From the sequence record SRR20825006_2923: a DNA stretch of 35,234 nt. One strand, given 5' to 3'. Below, one piece after another: positions 1 through 9,635 of the stretch (position 1 is its first letter; the number at the start of each line of letters is the position of its first letter). A program made the translations under genes and the position numbers. Below the pieces are notes generated by a model that was given only the letters and a program-made list of their open reading frames with translations, was not told where the DNA came from and made no database searches.

Positions 1-26
1 CTCTAACCAACTGAGCTACAACCACC
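1..26 (-). tRNA. 5' part of a tRNA, probably tRNA-His (truncated by the window edge)
   Basis: Reverse complement is GGTGGTTG-TA-GCTC-AGTTGGTTA-GAG, i.e. acceptor strand, T8A9 and D-arm. Eight nt before T8 fits the encoded G-1 of bacterial tRNA-His (compare E. coli GGTGGCTATAGCTCAG). The anticodon lies outside the window. Confidence 0.8.
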
Positions 27-69
27 ATTTTTCCTTTCAATTCTTACGACTAAGAATCCTTTGGGAGCG

Positions 70-77
70 CAAATATA
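70..77 (-). promoter_or_regulatory. Bacteroidota primary-sigma -7 box (TATATTTG) for the tRNA
   Basis: Exact TAnnTTTG match on the minus strand about 45 nt upstream of the tRNA 5' end. Confidence 0.6.
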
Positions 78-156
78 TGCAATTAGTTAAATATTCGATT
101 CCTTTGTGTGGAGATTTTTTTTAATTTCAATCAAATTTTTAATTAAGCAGTTGAAC

Positions 157-663
157 ATGAGCATTAAAAATCACGTAATCCTAGAGTTTGAAAAGCGCGT
201 TTTTGAGGAGTCTTACCCTAGAATCTACAAATGTTTAACCATGCTTACTGAGGAAGAACTATGGAAATCTCCAGTGAAAACGGTTCCTTCAGTTGGTAGT
301 CTTGTTCTTCACCTTTGTGGAAATGCCCGTCAATGGATTCTCTCTGGTTTGGGTGATTTACCCGATAATCGTGAAAGAGACCAAGAGTTTCAAGTTCACT
401 CGAACATTAGAAAAAGTGATTTTATCTTTTTACTTGAAAATTTAAAGTCGCAATTAAGAAGATGTTTAAATGAATTAGATGAGGCAGATTTCAATAAAAT
501 TCGATCCATTCAAGGATTTCAAGTAACTGGCTTTTCTACCATCATTCATGTGCTAGAACATTTCTCTTACCACACAGGACAGATTACCACTCTTACAAAA
601 TTGTATACGGGTAAATCAACAGGGTATTATGAGGATATGGACCTAAACCATAGAAATAAATAA
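157..663 (+). CDS. DinB/DUF1572-like four-helix-bundle protein
   Basis: Motifs SVGSLVLHLCGN, RERDQEF and HVLEHFSYHTGQI carry the DinB His triad. ATG at 157 is preferred over the GTG at 106. Confidence 0.85.
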   Translation: MSIKNHVILEFEKRVFEESYPRIYKCLTMLTEEELWKSPVKTVPSVGSLVLHLCGNARQWILSGLGDLPDNRERDQEFQVHSNIRKSDFIFLLENLKSQLRRCLNELDEADFNKIRSIQGFQVTGFSTIIHVLEHFSYHTGQITTLTKLYTGKSTGYYEDMDLNHRNK

Positions 664-792
664 ACTGAAAATCCTGATCGTTTTACAATCTTCATCTATT
701 GTAATTTATTAATAGATAATTAAATAAGTTTTTATTGAAGTAATTTTTGGAGGATATCATTTTTCGCGTATCTTCACTTTGCTAAACTAAAA

Positions 793-3700
793 ATGAAAAC
801 TATGAACTTTTACAGCCGTATAAGGGTGCTAATCGCTGTACTCTTATTTTCGTCTGCATCTTTTGGCCAACAGGATTCCAACTGGGTGGACATGATGCAG
901 AATCCCAATTCAAATTTTTATGACGTTCAACAGGCCTTTGAACAATATTGGGTAGGTAAAACTATTGAAAAAGGAAAAGGCTATAAGCAATTTCGTCGTT
1001 GGGAAGAATATATGGCTCCAAGAGTCTATCCTTCTGGTGATATGACCTTACCCTCACTGTCTTATGAGAATTTTTTGGAATGGGAGGCAAAACAACCTTC
1101 TTCTGGCACGTCAAAAAGCTTGCTCGGAACATGGACTTCAATGGGGCCTTACGGAAAACCAACGGGTGGAGGAGCTGGACGTTTGAACTTTATTCGGTTC
1201 GATCCGGTTACACCAACTAAAATGTATGTCGGCGCACCAGACGGTGGTCTTTGGATCTCAACCAATGGCGGGACTTCTTGGACAACCAATACCGATCAAT
1301 TAACGGTAATTGGATGTACAGACATTGCAATCGATCCAACGAACGCACAAGTAATGTATCTAGCCACTGGTGACGGTGAAGCGGGAGATAGTTACAGCGT
1401 TGGAATTTTAAAATCAACGAACGGCGGAGTAACTTGGAATACAACTGGACTCAATTGGACAGCTAGTCAGGGAAGAAGGATTTCGAAGTTGCTCATGCAT
1501 CCAACCAATTCTTCCATCCTTATTGCGGCAACAAGCAACGGAATTTACCGAACAACAGACGCTGGAGCTACATGGACACAGACAAGTACAGGTAATTTTA
1601 AAGACTTGGAGTTTAACCCAGGGAATGCAAATATTATGTACACTTCGGGATCAATCTTAAGAAGATCCACGAATAACGGAGTATCATGGACGACTATTTC
1701 TTCAGGTTTACCAACAACTGGAATTCAAAGAATTTCAATTGCTGTTTCACCTGCAAATAGCGCTTACGTTTATTTACTCATTGGAAGATCGTCGGATCAA
1801 GGATTGCTTGGAGTTTATCGATCTACAGATGATGGACTAACGTTTACACAACGTCACGGAGCTACTGGACCAAACCTTCTTGGTTGGAATACAAATGGTG
1901 GAGACAGTGGTGGACAGGCATTTTATGACCTTTCAATTGCCGTTTCTCCAACCAATATTAATAACGTAGTTACAGGAGGTGTGAATGCTTGGGAATCCAC
2001 AGACGGAGGAACCAACTGGGTATTACATGCTCACTGGACGGGTGGAGGTGGAGCTCCGTATGTACATGCGGATATTCATGATATCGTTTTTACAAGTGGA
2101 ACAACGCACTACATTGCTTGTGATGGAGGTTTATTTAGAACCACAAACTCTGGAAACTCTTTTCAAGACATCAGCGGAAACCTAGAAATTGCTCAACAAT
2201 ATCGTATAGGTCTTTCTACAACGATAGAAAATAAAGTAATTGCAGGACATCAAGATAACGGAACTAATATGCTCAACGGAGGTTCATGGGCACAAATCTA
2301 CGGTGGTGATGGAATGGATTGTTTCATCGACCGAACCAATAGCAATACACTTTTTGGATCGTATGTCTACGGAGATTATTATCGTTCCACAAATAATGGA
2401 GCCAATTGGACAACAATTACAACGGGTTTACCTGGTGGAACATGGTTGAGTTCGTGGCATCAAGACCCAGTAACGGCTGCAACATTATATGCAGGAGGAA
2501 GAACAGCGCTTTATCGAAGTACCAATTCTGGTACTAACTGGTCCGCTCTTGGAACTCCTTCTGGATCTGGATCTATCATTGAGTTTGCAATTGCGCCAAG
2601 CAATAATCAAGTTATTTACTCCGTGAAATCAAATGCCGTTTCTCGTTCTGCAAATGGAGGTACTTCATGGACGAATGTAACAGGCACATTACCAGTGGGA
2701 TCTGCAGCTCTTACAAATGTTGCGGTTTCAAATACAGACCCGAACAAGGTATGGGTAACATTCTCAGGATATTCAGCAGGGAATAAAGTATTTGCTTCAA
2801 CGAACGGAGGTTCTACATGGACAAATATCTCAACGGGTTTACCAAATTTACCGTGCAACACGATTGTTTTCGAAAATGGTTCAACTACTGATCCTATATA
2901 TGTAGGAACGGATGTTGGCGTTTACTATAAAGACGACACGCAAGGAACGTGGACAACCTTCTTCAGCGGCCTACCAAGATGTGGTGTCCGCGATTTAGAA
3001 ATTTACTATGCAACCGGAAGAATTCGAGCGGGTACATTTGGTCGAGGAACATGGCAAAGTGATTTACATACGAATGGAAACGACCCACCCATTGCTGATT
3101 TTACGGCAAATCAAGTTGTTTGCGTTGGTTCAACAGTAACTTTTACTGATCTCACAGTAGGAACTCCAACAACATGGTCTTGGAGCTTTCCTGGAGGAAC
3201 ACCAGCAACTGCAACGGGACAAGGACCTCACACAATAACATATAACACCGCAGGAACTTATAATGCCACGCTTACAGCATCTAATGCATACGGTTCAGAT
3301 GTAGAAACAAAAACAGCATATATCACTGTCAGTAGCGCAACTGCTGGTCCACTACCAATTGTTCAAGGGTTTACAGCAGCTACATTTCCTCCAACTAACT
3401 GGGTGTTAAACAATTTAGGGATTGCATACACATGGGAGAGAACAACAACAGCAGGAAATAGCTCTGCGGAATCAATGCGCTTCGATAACTATACAAACGA
3501 CGACAGAGGTTCAAACGATGAGATTATTTTACCAGCAGCTAATTTTACAGGAGTGTCAGCCGCTCAGTTGACCTTTGATGTGGCGTATGCTCCTTACAAC
3601 GGAACTTACTACGACGGATTGGAAGTGTTGGTTTCTACAAACTGTGGAGCATCATTTACACAAGTGTATTTCAAAGAGAACTTAACATTGGCAACTGACC

Positions 3701-6201
3701 CTGCAAATGCAACAGGTTTGTATGTGCCTGGAACATGGAGAAATGAACTGGTTAATCTAAATGCATATATCGGGAACCCGAATGTGCTTGTGAAGTTCAG
3801 AAATATCGCTGGGTATGGACAGGCACTGTATATTGATAACGTTAATTTATCAGGAACATCAGCGCCTACTGCCATTTTCTCTGCTACGCCAAGTTCGGCT
3901 TGTACAGGACAAACTGTTACTTTCACAGATGCATCATCCAGTGCAACATCTTGGAGTTGGAATTTTGGAGTAGGTGCAACTCCTGCAACTGCAACGGGAG
4001 CAGGACCACATTCTGTAACGTACTCGTCAGCGGGAACTAAGACAATTACTTTAAGCATTAATGGTGGAGCAAGTACTTCTAATCAGAACGTAACAATTAC
4101 TGCACCGCCTGTTTCCGGAACACTTTCTGGAGTGCAAAATGTTTGCGTAGGATTAAATACAACATTCTCAAGCACGCAATCGGGTGGAACTTGGTCTTCA
4201 TCAAATACAGGAATTGCAACAATCAATGCTACTACAGGAGTTGTAACGGGAGCTGCTGCGGGAACGGCTACAATGACTTACACAGTAACTGGCGCGGGAG
4301 GTTGTTCGAATGCTACGGCAACGAGAACGGTAACTGTAACTGCGGCTCCAGTGTCTGGAACACTCTCAGGAACTCAAACAGTGTGTAGCGGTCTAACAAC
4401 CACTTTTGCTTCAACGCAATCGGGTGGAACGTGGTCGTCATCGAATACTGGAATTGCAACAGTTAACCCTACAAACGGCGTGGTAACTGGAGGTTCAGCG
4501 GGAACGGCGACTATGACTTATACCGTTACAGGTTCGGGTGGTTGTCCAAATGCATCAGCTACAAGAACAGTGACAGTAAATCCTACTCCATCAATTTCAT
4601 CTGGAACAGTTACAAACCCTTCGGCGTGTGCTACGCCAAATGGTTCGATTCAGATTTCAGGTTCTGCAACAGGAACAGTTTCGTGGACAGGCTCGGCATC
4701 AGGGAACTCAGGTTCTATAACGCTGCCTTATTTGATCAGCGGATTACCCGCAGGATCATATACGGTAAGTTTTGTGAATGGATTTGGTTGTACTTCCAAT
4801 ACCGTAAACGTGAATTTAGTTGATCCTACACCTCCAGCTTCACCAACAGTTACTGCAAGCGGAGTAACAACGTTCTGTGCGGGAGGATCTGTTACGTTAA
4901 CCTCTTCTCAAGCAACAGGAAATGTTTGGTCAACAGGAGCAACAACACAATCAATCGTCGTTTCATCAACAGGGGTTTATTCTGTGACCTATACAAATGG
5001 TGCAGGATGTGCTTCAACTTCGAGCGGAACTTCGGTAACAGTAAATGCGTTGCCTTCTACTCCGTTAATCTCAACGAGTGGTCCAACAACTTTTTGTGAT
5101 GGTGGTTCTGTAGATTTAACATCATCTTCCTCAACTGGAAATATGTGGTCTACTGGAGCGATAACAGAAACGATTTCAGTATCCATCTCAGGAACTTATT
5201 CAGTGACTGTAACTGATGGAAATGGATGTTCTTCATCATCTACGGGTACAGCCGTTACGGTGAATGCGCTTCCATCCACACCAGTAGTGACTGCAAGTGG
5301 GGCAACATCGTTTTGTTCTGGTGGCTCTGTAACGCTAACATCTTCTCAAGCAACTGGAAATGATTGGTCAACGGGAGAAACAACCCAATCAATTGTTGCG
5401 AATACCTCAGGGAACTATTTTGTTCAATATACAGACGCGAATGGATGTAGTGCTGTTTCCGCGACAACGGTAGTTACAGTAAACTCGCTTCCTGCAACGC
5501 CAACTATTTCGGCAAATGGTCCAACAACGTTCTGTGCTGGTCAGTCGGTAGGTTTAACGTCTTCGTCATCAACAGGGAATCTTTGGTCAAATGGTGGAAC
5601 AACACAAACTATTTCTGTAACAACAGCAGGAACTTATTCTGTTACAATAACAGATGGAAATGGCTGTTCAGCAACGTCTTCGTCTACTTCAATTACAGTG
5701 AATAATCTTCCTACGGTAACGTTGGGTAGCTTCTCTGACATGTGTGAAGCGGACAGTCCGATAACGCTTTCTGGCGGAACACCTGCTGGCGGAACATATT
5801 CAGGAACAGGTGTGAGCGGAACGACATTTGATCCAGCTTTGGCGGGAACTGGAACTGCTCAAATATCCTACACATTTACGGATGCGAATAACTGTCAAAA
5901 TTCGGCGCAGTCGAGCATTTTTGTTGATGATTGTGCAGGAATCTCGGAAGGAGTTTTAATCAATTATGATCTTTATCCAAATCCAACAGAGGGAGAAATC
6001 ACCATTGTTTTCGGAAGTAAAGTCCAGTTGATTCAGGCCTTACTTTATGACGCACATGGAAAGCAAATTCAGCGATTTGAATCTGTCGAAATGAATGATA
6101 CTTACCACTGGAGTTTAGTTGATCTGCCAAATGGAGTCTACTATTTGGAAATGATTACTCAAGATTCTGTGATCAGAGAAAAAGTACTTCTTCAGAAGTA
6201 A
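793..6201 (+). CDS. Large T9SS-secreted protein: Asp-box/BNR (VPS10/GH74-like) beta-propeller, PKD domains, Ig-like repeats and type A C-terminal sorting domain
   Basis: Signal peptide ending ASFG-Q; at least 11 Asp-box-like motifs, (S/T)-x-(D/N)-x-G-x-(T/S/N)-(W/F); PKD motifs (TWSWSFPGG, SWSWNFG); Thr/Ser/Gly-rich Ig repeats; C-terminal LYPNPT...LPNGVYYLEM...KVLLQK. Confidence 0.9.
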   Translation: MKTMNFYSRIRVLIAVLLFSSASFGQQDSNWVDMMQNPNSNFYDVQQAFEQYWVGKTIEKGKGYKQFRRWEEYMAPRVYPSGDMTLPSLSYENFLEWEAKQPSSGTSKSLLGTWTSMGPYGKPTGGGAGRLNFIRFDPVTPTKMYVGAPDGGLWISTNGGTSWTTNTDQLTVIGCTDIAIDPTNAQVMYLATGDGEAGDSYSVGILKSTNGGVTWNTTGLNWTASQGRRISKLLMHPTNSSILIAATSNGIYRTTDAGATWTQTSTGNFKDLEFNPGNANIMYTSGSILRRSTNNGVSWTTISSGLPTTGIQRISIAVSPANSAYVYLLIGRSSDQGLLGVYRSTDDGLTFTQRHGATGPNLLGWNTNGGDSGGQAFYDLSIAVSPTNINNVVTGGVNAWESTDGGTNWVLHAHWTGGGGAPYVHADIHDIVFTSGTTHYIACDGGLFRTTNSGNSFQDISGNLEIAQQYRIGLSTTIENKVIAGHQDNGTNMLNGGSWAQIYGGDGMDCFIDRTNSNTLFGSYVYGDYYRSTNNGANWTTITTGLPGGTWLSSWHQDPVTAATLYAGGRTALYRSTNSGTNWSALGTPSGSGSIIEFAIAPSNNQVIYSVKSNAVSRSANGGTSWTNVTGTLPVGSAALTNVAVSNTDPNKVWVTFSGYSAGNKVFASTNGGSTWTNISTGLPNLPCNTIVFENGSTTDPIYVGTDVGVYYKDDTQGTWTTFFSGLPRCGVRDLEIYYATGRIRAGTFGRGTWQSDLHTNGNDPPIADFTANQVVCVGSTVTFTDLTVGTPTTWSWSFPGGTPATATGQGPHTITYNTAGTYNATLTASNAYGSDVETKTAYITVSSATAGPLPIVQGFTAATFPPTNWVLNNLGIAYTWERTTTAGNSSAESMRFDNYTNDDRGSNDEIILPAANFTGVSAAQLTFDVAYAPYNGTYYDGLEVLVSTNCGASFTQVYFKENLTLATDPANATGLYVPGTWRNELVNLNAYIGNPNVLVKFRNIAGYGQALYIDNVNLSGTSAPTAIFSATPSSACTGQTVTFTDASSSATSWSWNFGVGATPATATGAGPHSVTYSSAGTKTITLSINGGASTSNQNVTITAPPVSGTLSGVQNVCVGLNTTFSSTQSGGTWSSSNTGIATINATTGVVTGAAAGTATMTYTVTGAGGCSNATATRTVTVTAAPVSGTLSGTQTVCSGLTTTFASTQSGGTWSSSNTGIATVNPTNGVVTGGSAGTATMTYTVTGSGGCPNASATRTVTVNPTPSISSGTVTNPSACATPNGSIQISGSATGTVSWTGSASGNSGSITLPYLISGLPAGSYTVSFVNGFGCTSNTVNVNLVDPTPPASPTVTASGVTTFCAGGSVTLTSSQATGNVWSTGATTQSIVVSSTGVYSVTYTNGAGCASTSSGTSVTVNALPSTPLISTSGPTTFCDGGSVDLTSSSSTGNMWSTGAITETISVSISGTYSVTVTDGNGCSSSSTGTAVTVNALPSTPVVTASGATSFCSGGSVTLTSSQATGNDWSTGETTQSIVANTSGNYFVQYTDANGCSAVSATTVVTVNSLPATPTISANGPTTFCAGQSVGLTSSSSTGNLWSNGGTTQTISVTTAGTYSVTITDGNGCSATSSSTSITVNNLPTVTLGSFSDMCEADSPITLSGGTPAGGTYSGTGVSGTTFDPALAGTGTAQISYTFTDANNCQNSAQSSIFVDDCAGISEGVLINYDLYPNPTEGEITIVFGSKVQLIQALLYDAHGKQIQRFESVEMNDTYHWSLVDLPNGVYYLEMITQDSVIREKVLLQK
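4108..4587 (+). repeat. Two tandem 240-bp (80-aa) Big_2-like Ig repeats
   Basis: PVSGTLSG..VC.GL.TTF.STQSGGTWSSSNTGIAT...GVVTG..AGTATMTYTVTG.GGC.NA.ATRTVTV occurs twice, starting at 4108 and 4348. Confidence 0.9.
4843..5718 (+). repeat. Four tandem 219-bp (73-aa) Ig-like repeats in ABAB order
   Basis: Units start at 4843, 5062, 5281 and 5500 with the pattern P...(S/N)G.T.FC.G.SV.LTSS...GN.WS.G..T..I.....G.Y.V..T...GC...S....(V/I)TVN.LP. Confidence 0.9.
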
Positions 6202-6220
6202 AAAATGCATCTTAAAGAAG

Positions 6221-6252
6221 AGCTGCTCATTCATTTGAGCAGCTTTTTTTTT
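6221..6252 (+). terminator. Rho-independent terminator
   Basis: AGCTGCTCA-ttcatt-TGAGCAGCT followed by a T run, 19 nt after the stop codon. Confidence 0.9.
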
Positions 6253-6315
6253 GCAATCACACTAAATCTGTTAATAAAGTCTGATTACTTCTAGCGACTG
6301 CTTCCTTTGTCTTGT

Positions 6316-6323
6316 TATTTTTG
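6316..6323 (+). promoter_or_regulatory. -7 box TATTTTTG
   Basis: TAnnTTTG match about 20 nt upstream of the ATG at 6343. Confidence 0.55.
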
Positions 6324-6342
6324 TATTATAAATATATTGCTG

Positions 6343-7341
6343 ATGCTAAAAGTAGGAGTGTTAGGTGCAGGTCACCTTGGGAAAATTCATATCAAACTCT
6401 TGTTAGAGTTGAATGATCGATTTCAATTTGTTGGATTTTATGATCCAAGTGATTCGAATGCCCAAACGGCTACTGAAACCTATGGAATAAAACGTTTCGA
6501 CACAATCCAAGGATTATTGGATGAGGTAGATTGTATCGATATTGTTACACCAACACTTTCTCACTTCGATTGCGCTTCTCAAGCTTTGAGAATGAGCAAA
6601 CATGTTTTCATAGAAAAACCGGTGACTGAAACAGTGGAGGAAGCTAAACGACTTATTGGATTGGCACAAGAAGCTGGAGTGAAGGTTCAAGTTGGACATG
6701 TGGAGCGATTTAATCCAGCATTTCAAGCGGCGATTCCTTACTTCAATAATCCAATGTTTATTGAAACACACAGACTCGCTTTATTCAATCCAAGAGGAAC
6801 GGATGTTCCAGTTGTACTTGATTTAATGATTCACGATCTTGATGCAATTCTGAGTGTTGTGAACTCAGGAGTTAAGAGAATTTCAGCTTCTGGTGTTGCC
6901 GTTGTAAGCGATACTCCAGATATTGCCAATGCTCGAATTGAGTTTGATAATGGTTGTGTCGCGAATTTAACCGCAAGCAGAATTTCCATGAAGAACATGC
7001 GTAAATCGAGATTTTTCCAGAAAGACGCATATATCAGTGTCGATTTTCTTGAGAAAGAAATGGAAGTAGTGCGCATGCAAGATGTGGAAGGAGAACCAGA
7101 CCCGTTTGACATGGTATTTGACATGGGAGAAGGGAAACCAATCAAGAAAATTTTGTTTGATAAGCCTGATATTGAACCAACGAATGCTATTAAGGAAGAA
7201 TTAGCTGCTTTTCACGATGCAATTGTGAATGATACTATTCCAATTGTACCACTCGAAGATGGATACCGTGCATTGGAAGTAGCGCAGAAAATCGTTGAAA
7301 AATTAAAAGCGTCAACATCTGTAATGGTAGACAATAAATAA
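6343..7341 (+). CDS. Gfo/Idh/MocA oxidoreductase, GnnA-like (possible UDP-GlcNAc 3-dehydrogenase)
   Basis: Rossmann VGVLGAGHLG, plus EKP, GHVERFNPA and RGTDVPVVLDLMIHDLD. ATG at 6343. Confidence 0.85.
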   Translation: MLKVGVLGAGHLGKIHIKLLLELNDRFQFVGFYDPSDSNAQTATETYGIKRFDTIQGLLDEVDCIDIVTPTLSHFDCASQALRMSKHVFIEKPVTETVEEAKRLIGLAQEAGVKVQVGHVERFNPAFQAAIPYFNNPMFIETHRLALFNPRGTDVPVVLDLMIHDLDAILSVVNSGVKRISASGVAVVSDTPDIANARIEFDNGCVANLTASRISMKNMRKSRFFQKDAYISVDFLEKEMEVVRMQDVEGEPDPFDMVFDMGEGKPIKKILFDKPDIEPTNAIKEELAAFHDAIVNDTIPIVPLEDGYRALEVAQKIVEKLKASTSVMVDNK

Positions 7342-7376
7342 ACGAAGTTTTCGTTCTAGAACGTACTACGCAGAAT

Positions 7377-8240
7377 ATGAAAAAAATACTAGCAATTTTA
7401 GCCATCGCATCTTTATTTAGTGCGTGCATAAAAAACAATCCAGATCCTTCTTGGCTGGAAATTACAGCTTGGGACTTACAAGTAAATCCAAATTCTCAGT
7501 ATCCAACTGGAGAGCTTACGGAAAGTTTTACGAATGCTTGGGTGTATGTGAACGATCAACCAGTAGGTGTTTTTGAACTACCAGTTAGGTTACCATTACT
7601 CCTGGAAGGTGAAACAAAAGTGACTATTTTCCCGGCAGTTTTGAACAATGGGATTTCTGCAACAAAGAAAATCTATCCGTTCGTTGAGGCATATCTTACA
7701 ACGGTAACTTTGTCCAAAAATGCTACAACAGTGGTGAACCCAACCACCCGTTACATCAGTAATACCCGTTTTTGGATAGAGGATTTTGAGGAAGCTTCAA
7801 TCAAAATAACGGATGATGCCTCTTCAACGTCAATGCTTGATACAAGCGGAGACCCTGCGATTATTCAACCGTTTAATAATTCTAGATTCGGACGGATCAC
7901 TTTGAATTCTACCGAAAATAAATGGGTGGCATTTACGGATGATTTGCAACTTCCGAAAGGTGCAGAAGTTTACTTGGAGTTGGACTATCACAACACAAAC
8001 TCAGTGCTGACGGGAGTACTAGGAATCGGCTCAAGTGGGGTTGCAGAAAATCCGAATATTCAATTGAATCCTCAAGCTGCAGGTGAAGTGCAATGGAAGA
8101 AAATTTACATTGATCTTAAAGAAATCGTTTCGAACTCTCAAAGTGCTGAGTATTTCAAAGTTTCGTTCCAATCTATCCTAGATGAAGGGCTTTCGACAAG
8201 CGAAGTAAACATCGATAATGTAAAACTGGTATACTTCTAG
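7377..8240 (+). CDS. Hypothetical lipoprotein
   Basis: Lipoprotein signal MKKILAILAIASLFSA-C; beta-rich body ending IDNVKLVYF, suggesting a beta-sandwich. Confidence 0.8.
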   Translation: MKKILAILAIASLFSACIKNNPDPSWLEITAWDLQVNPNSQYPTGELTESFTNAWVYVNDQPVGVFELPVRLPLLLEGETKVTIFPAVLNNGISATKKIYPFVEAYLTTVTLSKNATTVVNPTTRYISNTRFWIEDFEEASIKITDDASSTSMLDTSGDPAIIQPFNNSRFGRITLNSTENKWVAFTDDLQLPKGAEVYLELDYHNTNSVLTGVLGIGSSGVAENPNIQLNPQAAGEVQWKKIYIDLKEIVSNSQSAEYFKVSFQSILDEGLSTSEVNIDNVKLVYF

Positions 8241-9635
8241 ATGAACGCTAGACTGCTTACAATTGTGCTGATTTTAACTGATTGGCTTACGGCTATTTTG
8301 TCGTGGGGCATGTTTTACTACGTGCGAAAAGTAAAGCTCGAAATGACCGAGTTTAAAGTTAGTGAGTCGTTTTACTATGGATTACTTTTCATTCCTCTCG
8401 TTTGGATTCTGTTGTATCTGTTGCAAGGAACGTATCACGATGTGCGCCGTTTACATAGAATAAAGATTTTCAATCTAACATTTGTCAGTTCTCTTTTTGG
8501 AGTAATCGCTTTGTTCTTCTTATTCCTTCTCGATGACGAGATTAATGGCTACCGACAGTATTATTCGGCAGTATTTCTCCTATTTTGTATTCAATTTATT
8601 GTCACGTTTATTCCGCGCTTAGTAATTGTGAGTGCCATCGTTGGAAAAGTTCACAATCGAAAGGCAGGATTTAAAACATTGATCATCGGCGGAAACGAAA
8701 AAGCTGTGGATGTTTACAATGAAATTGAAGGACTTCCGAAGGGAATAGGCGCAGACTTTGTTGGCTTTATCAATATTAATGGTGTAGACAGACTACTCGA
8801 AGAAAAGTTAACTTATCTTGGACACATCGATGATGTTGAGAACATTCTGCGACAGAATGAAATCGAAGAGGTCATTATCGCACTAGAAAGCGTTGAACAT
8901 GATCGGCTCAAAAAAATAATCTCTCGTCTCGAAGGAGGGGATGTAAAAATCAAGATTCTGCCAGATATGTATGATATTTTATCTGGAACAGTTCGGATGA
9001 ATAATATCTTCGGAGCGTTACTGATTGAAGTAAACGCGGAGGTAATGCCGATTTGGCAAAGAACGCTTAAGCGATTCTTAGATATTTTAATTTCTACCGT
9101 CGCCATTATTATTCTCATTCCCGTGTACATCATTTTGGCTCTTTTGGTGAAATTTTCTTCTCCAGGTTCCATGTTTTTTATTCAGGAGCGAATTGGAAAA
9201 AATGGAATTCCGTTCAATATTATCAAGTTCAGAACGATGTACATAAACGCTGAAAAAGAAGGCCCTCAACTTTCTTCATCAAGCGATCCGAGAATCACAA
9301 AGATTGGGCGTTTCATGCGTAAATCTCGCTTGGATGAATTTCCTCAGTTTTTTAATGTGCTGATCGGAGACATGTCACTCGTAGGACCGCGACCTGAGCG
9401 TCAATTTTTCATCGATAAAATTGTAGAAGTAGAACCGCAGTTTTTAGAACTAACCAAAGTTCGACCAGGTATTACCTCATGGGGACAAGTGAAGTACGGC
9501 TACGCTGAAAATGTCGATCAAATGCTCGCGCGAATGAAGTACGACCTTCTTTATTTAAAAAATAGAACATTATCACTCGATTTTAAAATCATGCTTTATA
9601 CGGTTCTGATCGTTTTTAAAGGAGCTGGGAAATAA
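8241..9635 (+). CDS. Polyprenyl glycosylphosphotransferase (WcaJ/WbaP-type priming sugar transferase)
   Basis: Four N-terminal TM helices, a CoA-binding-like middle region, and Bac_transf motifs KRFLD, KFRTM, DPRIT, RLDEFPQ, SLVGPRP and PGIT. Confidence 0.93.
   Translation: MNARLLTIVLILTDWLTAILSWGMFYYVRKVKLEMTEFKVSESFYYGLLFIPLVWILLYLLQGTYHDVRRLHRIKIFNLTFVSSLFGVIALFFLFLLDDEINGYRQYYSAVFLLFCIQFIVTFIPRLVIVSAIVGKVHNRKAGFKTLIIGGNEKAVDVYNEIEGLPKGIGADFVGFININGVDRLLEEKLTYLGHIDDVENILRQNEIEEVIIALESVEHDRLKKIISRLEGGDVKIKILPDMYDILSGTVRMNNIFGALLIEVNAEVMPIWQRTLKRFLDILISTVAIIILIPVYIILALLVKFSSPGSMFFIQERIGKNGIPFNIIKFRTMYINAEKEGPQLSSSSDPRITKIGRFMRKSRLDEFPQFFNVLIGDMSLVGPRPERQFFIDKIVEVEPQFLELTKVRPGITSWGQVKYGYAENVDQMLARMKYDLLYLKNRTLSLDFKIMLYTVLIVFKGAGK

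Noticed and set aside
4108-5718. DNA-level repeat or mobile element inside the large gene
   Set aside because: The repeats are in frame, diverged at synonymous sites and fully explained by Ig-like domain duplication.
1-6252. tRNA-anchored genomic island
   Set aside because: The window lies on the 5' side of the tRNA, and I saw no integrase or att-like duplication.
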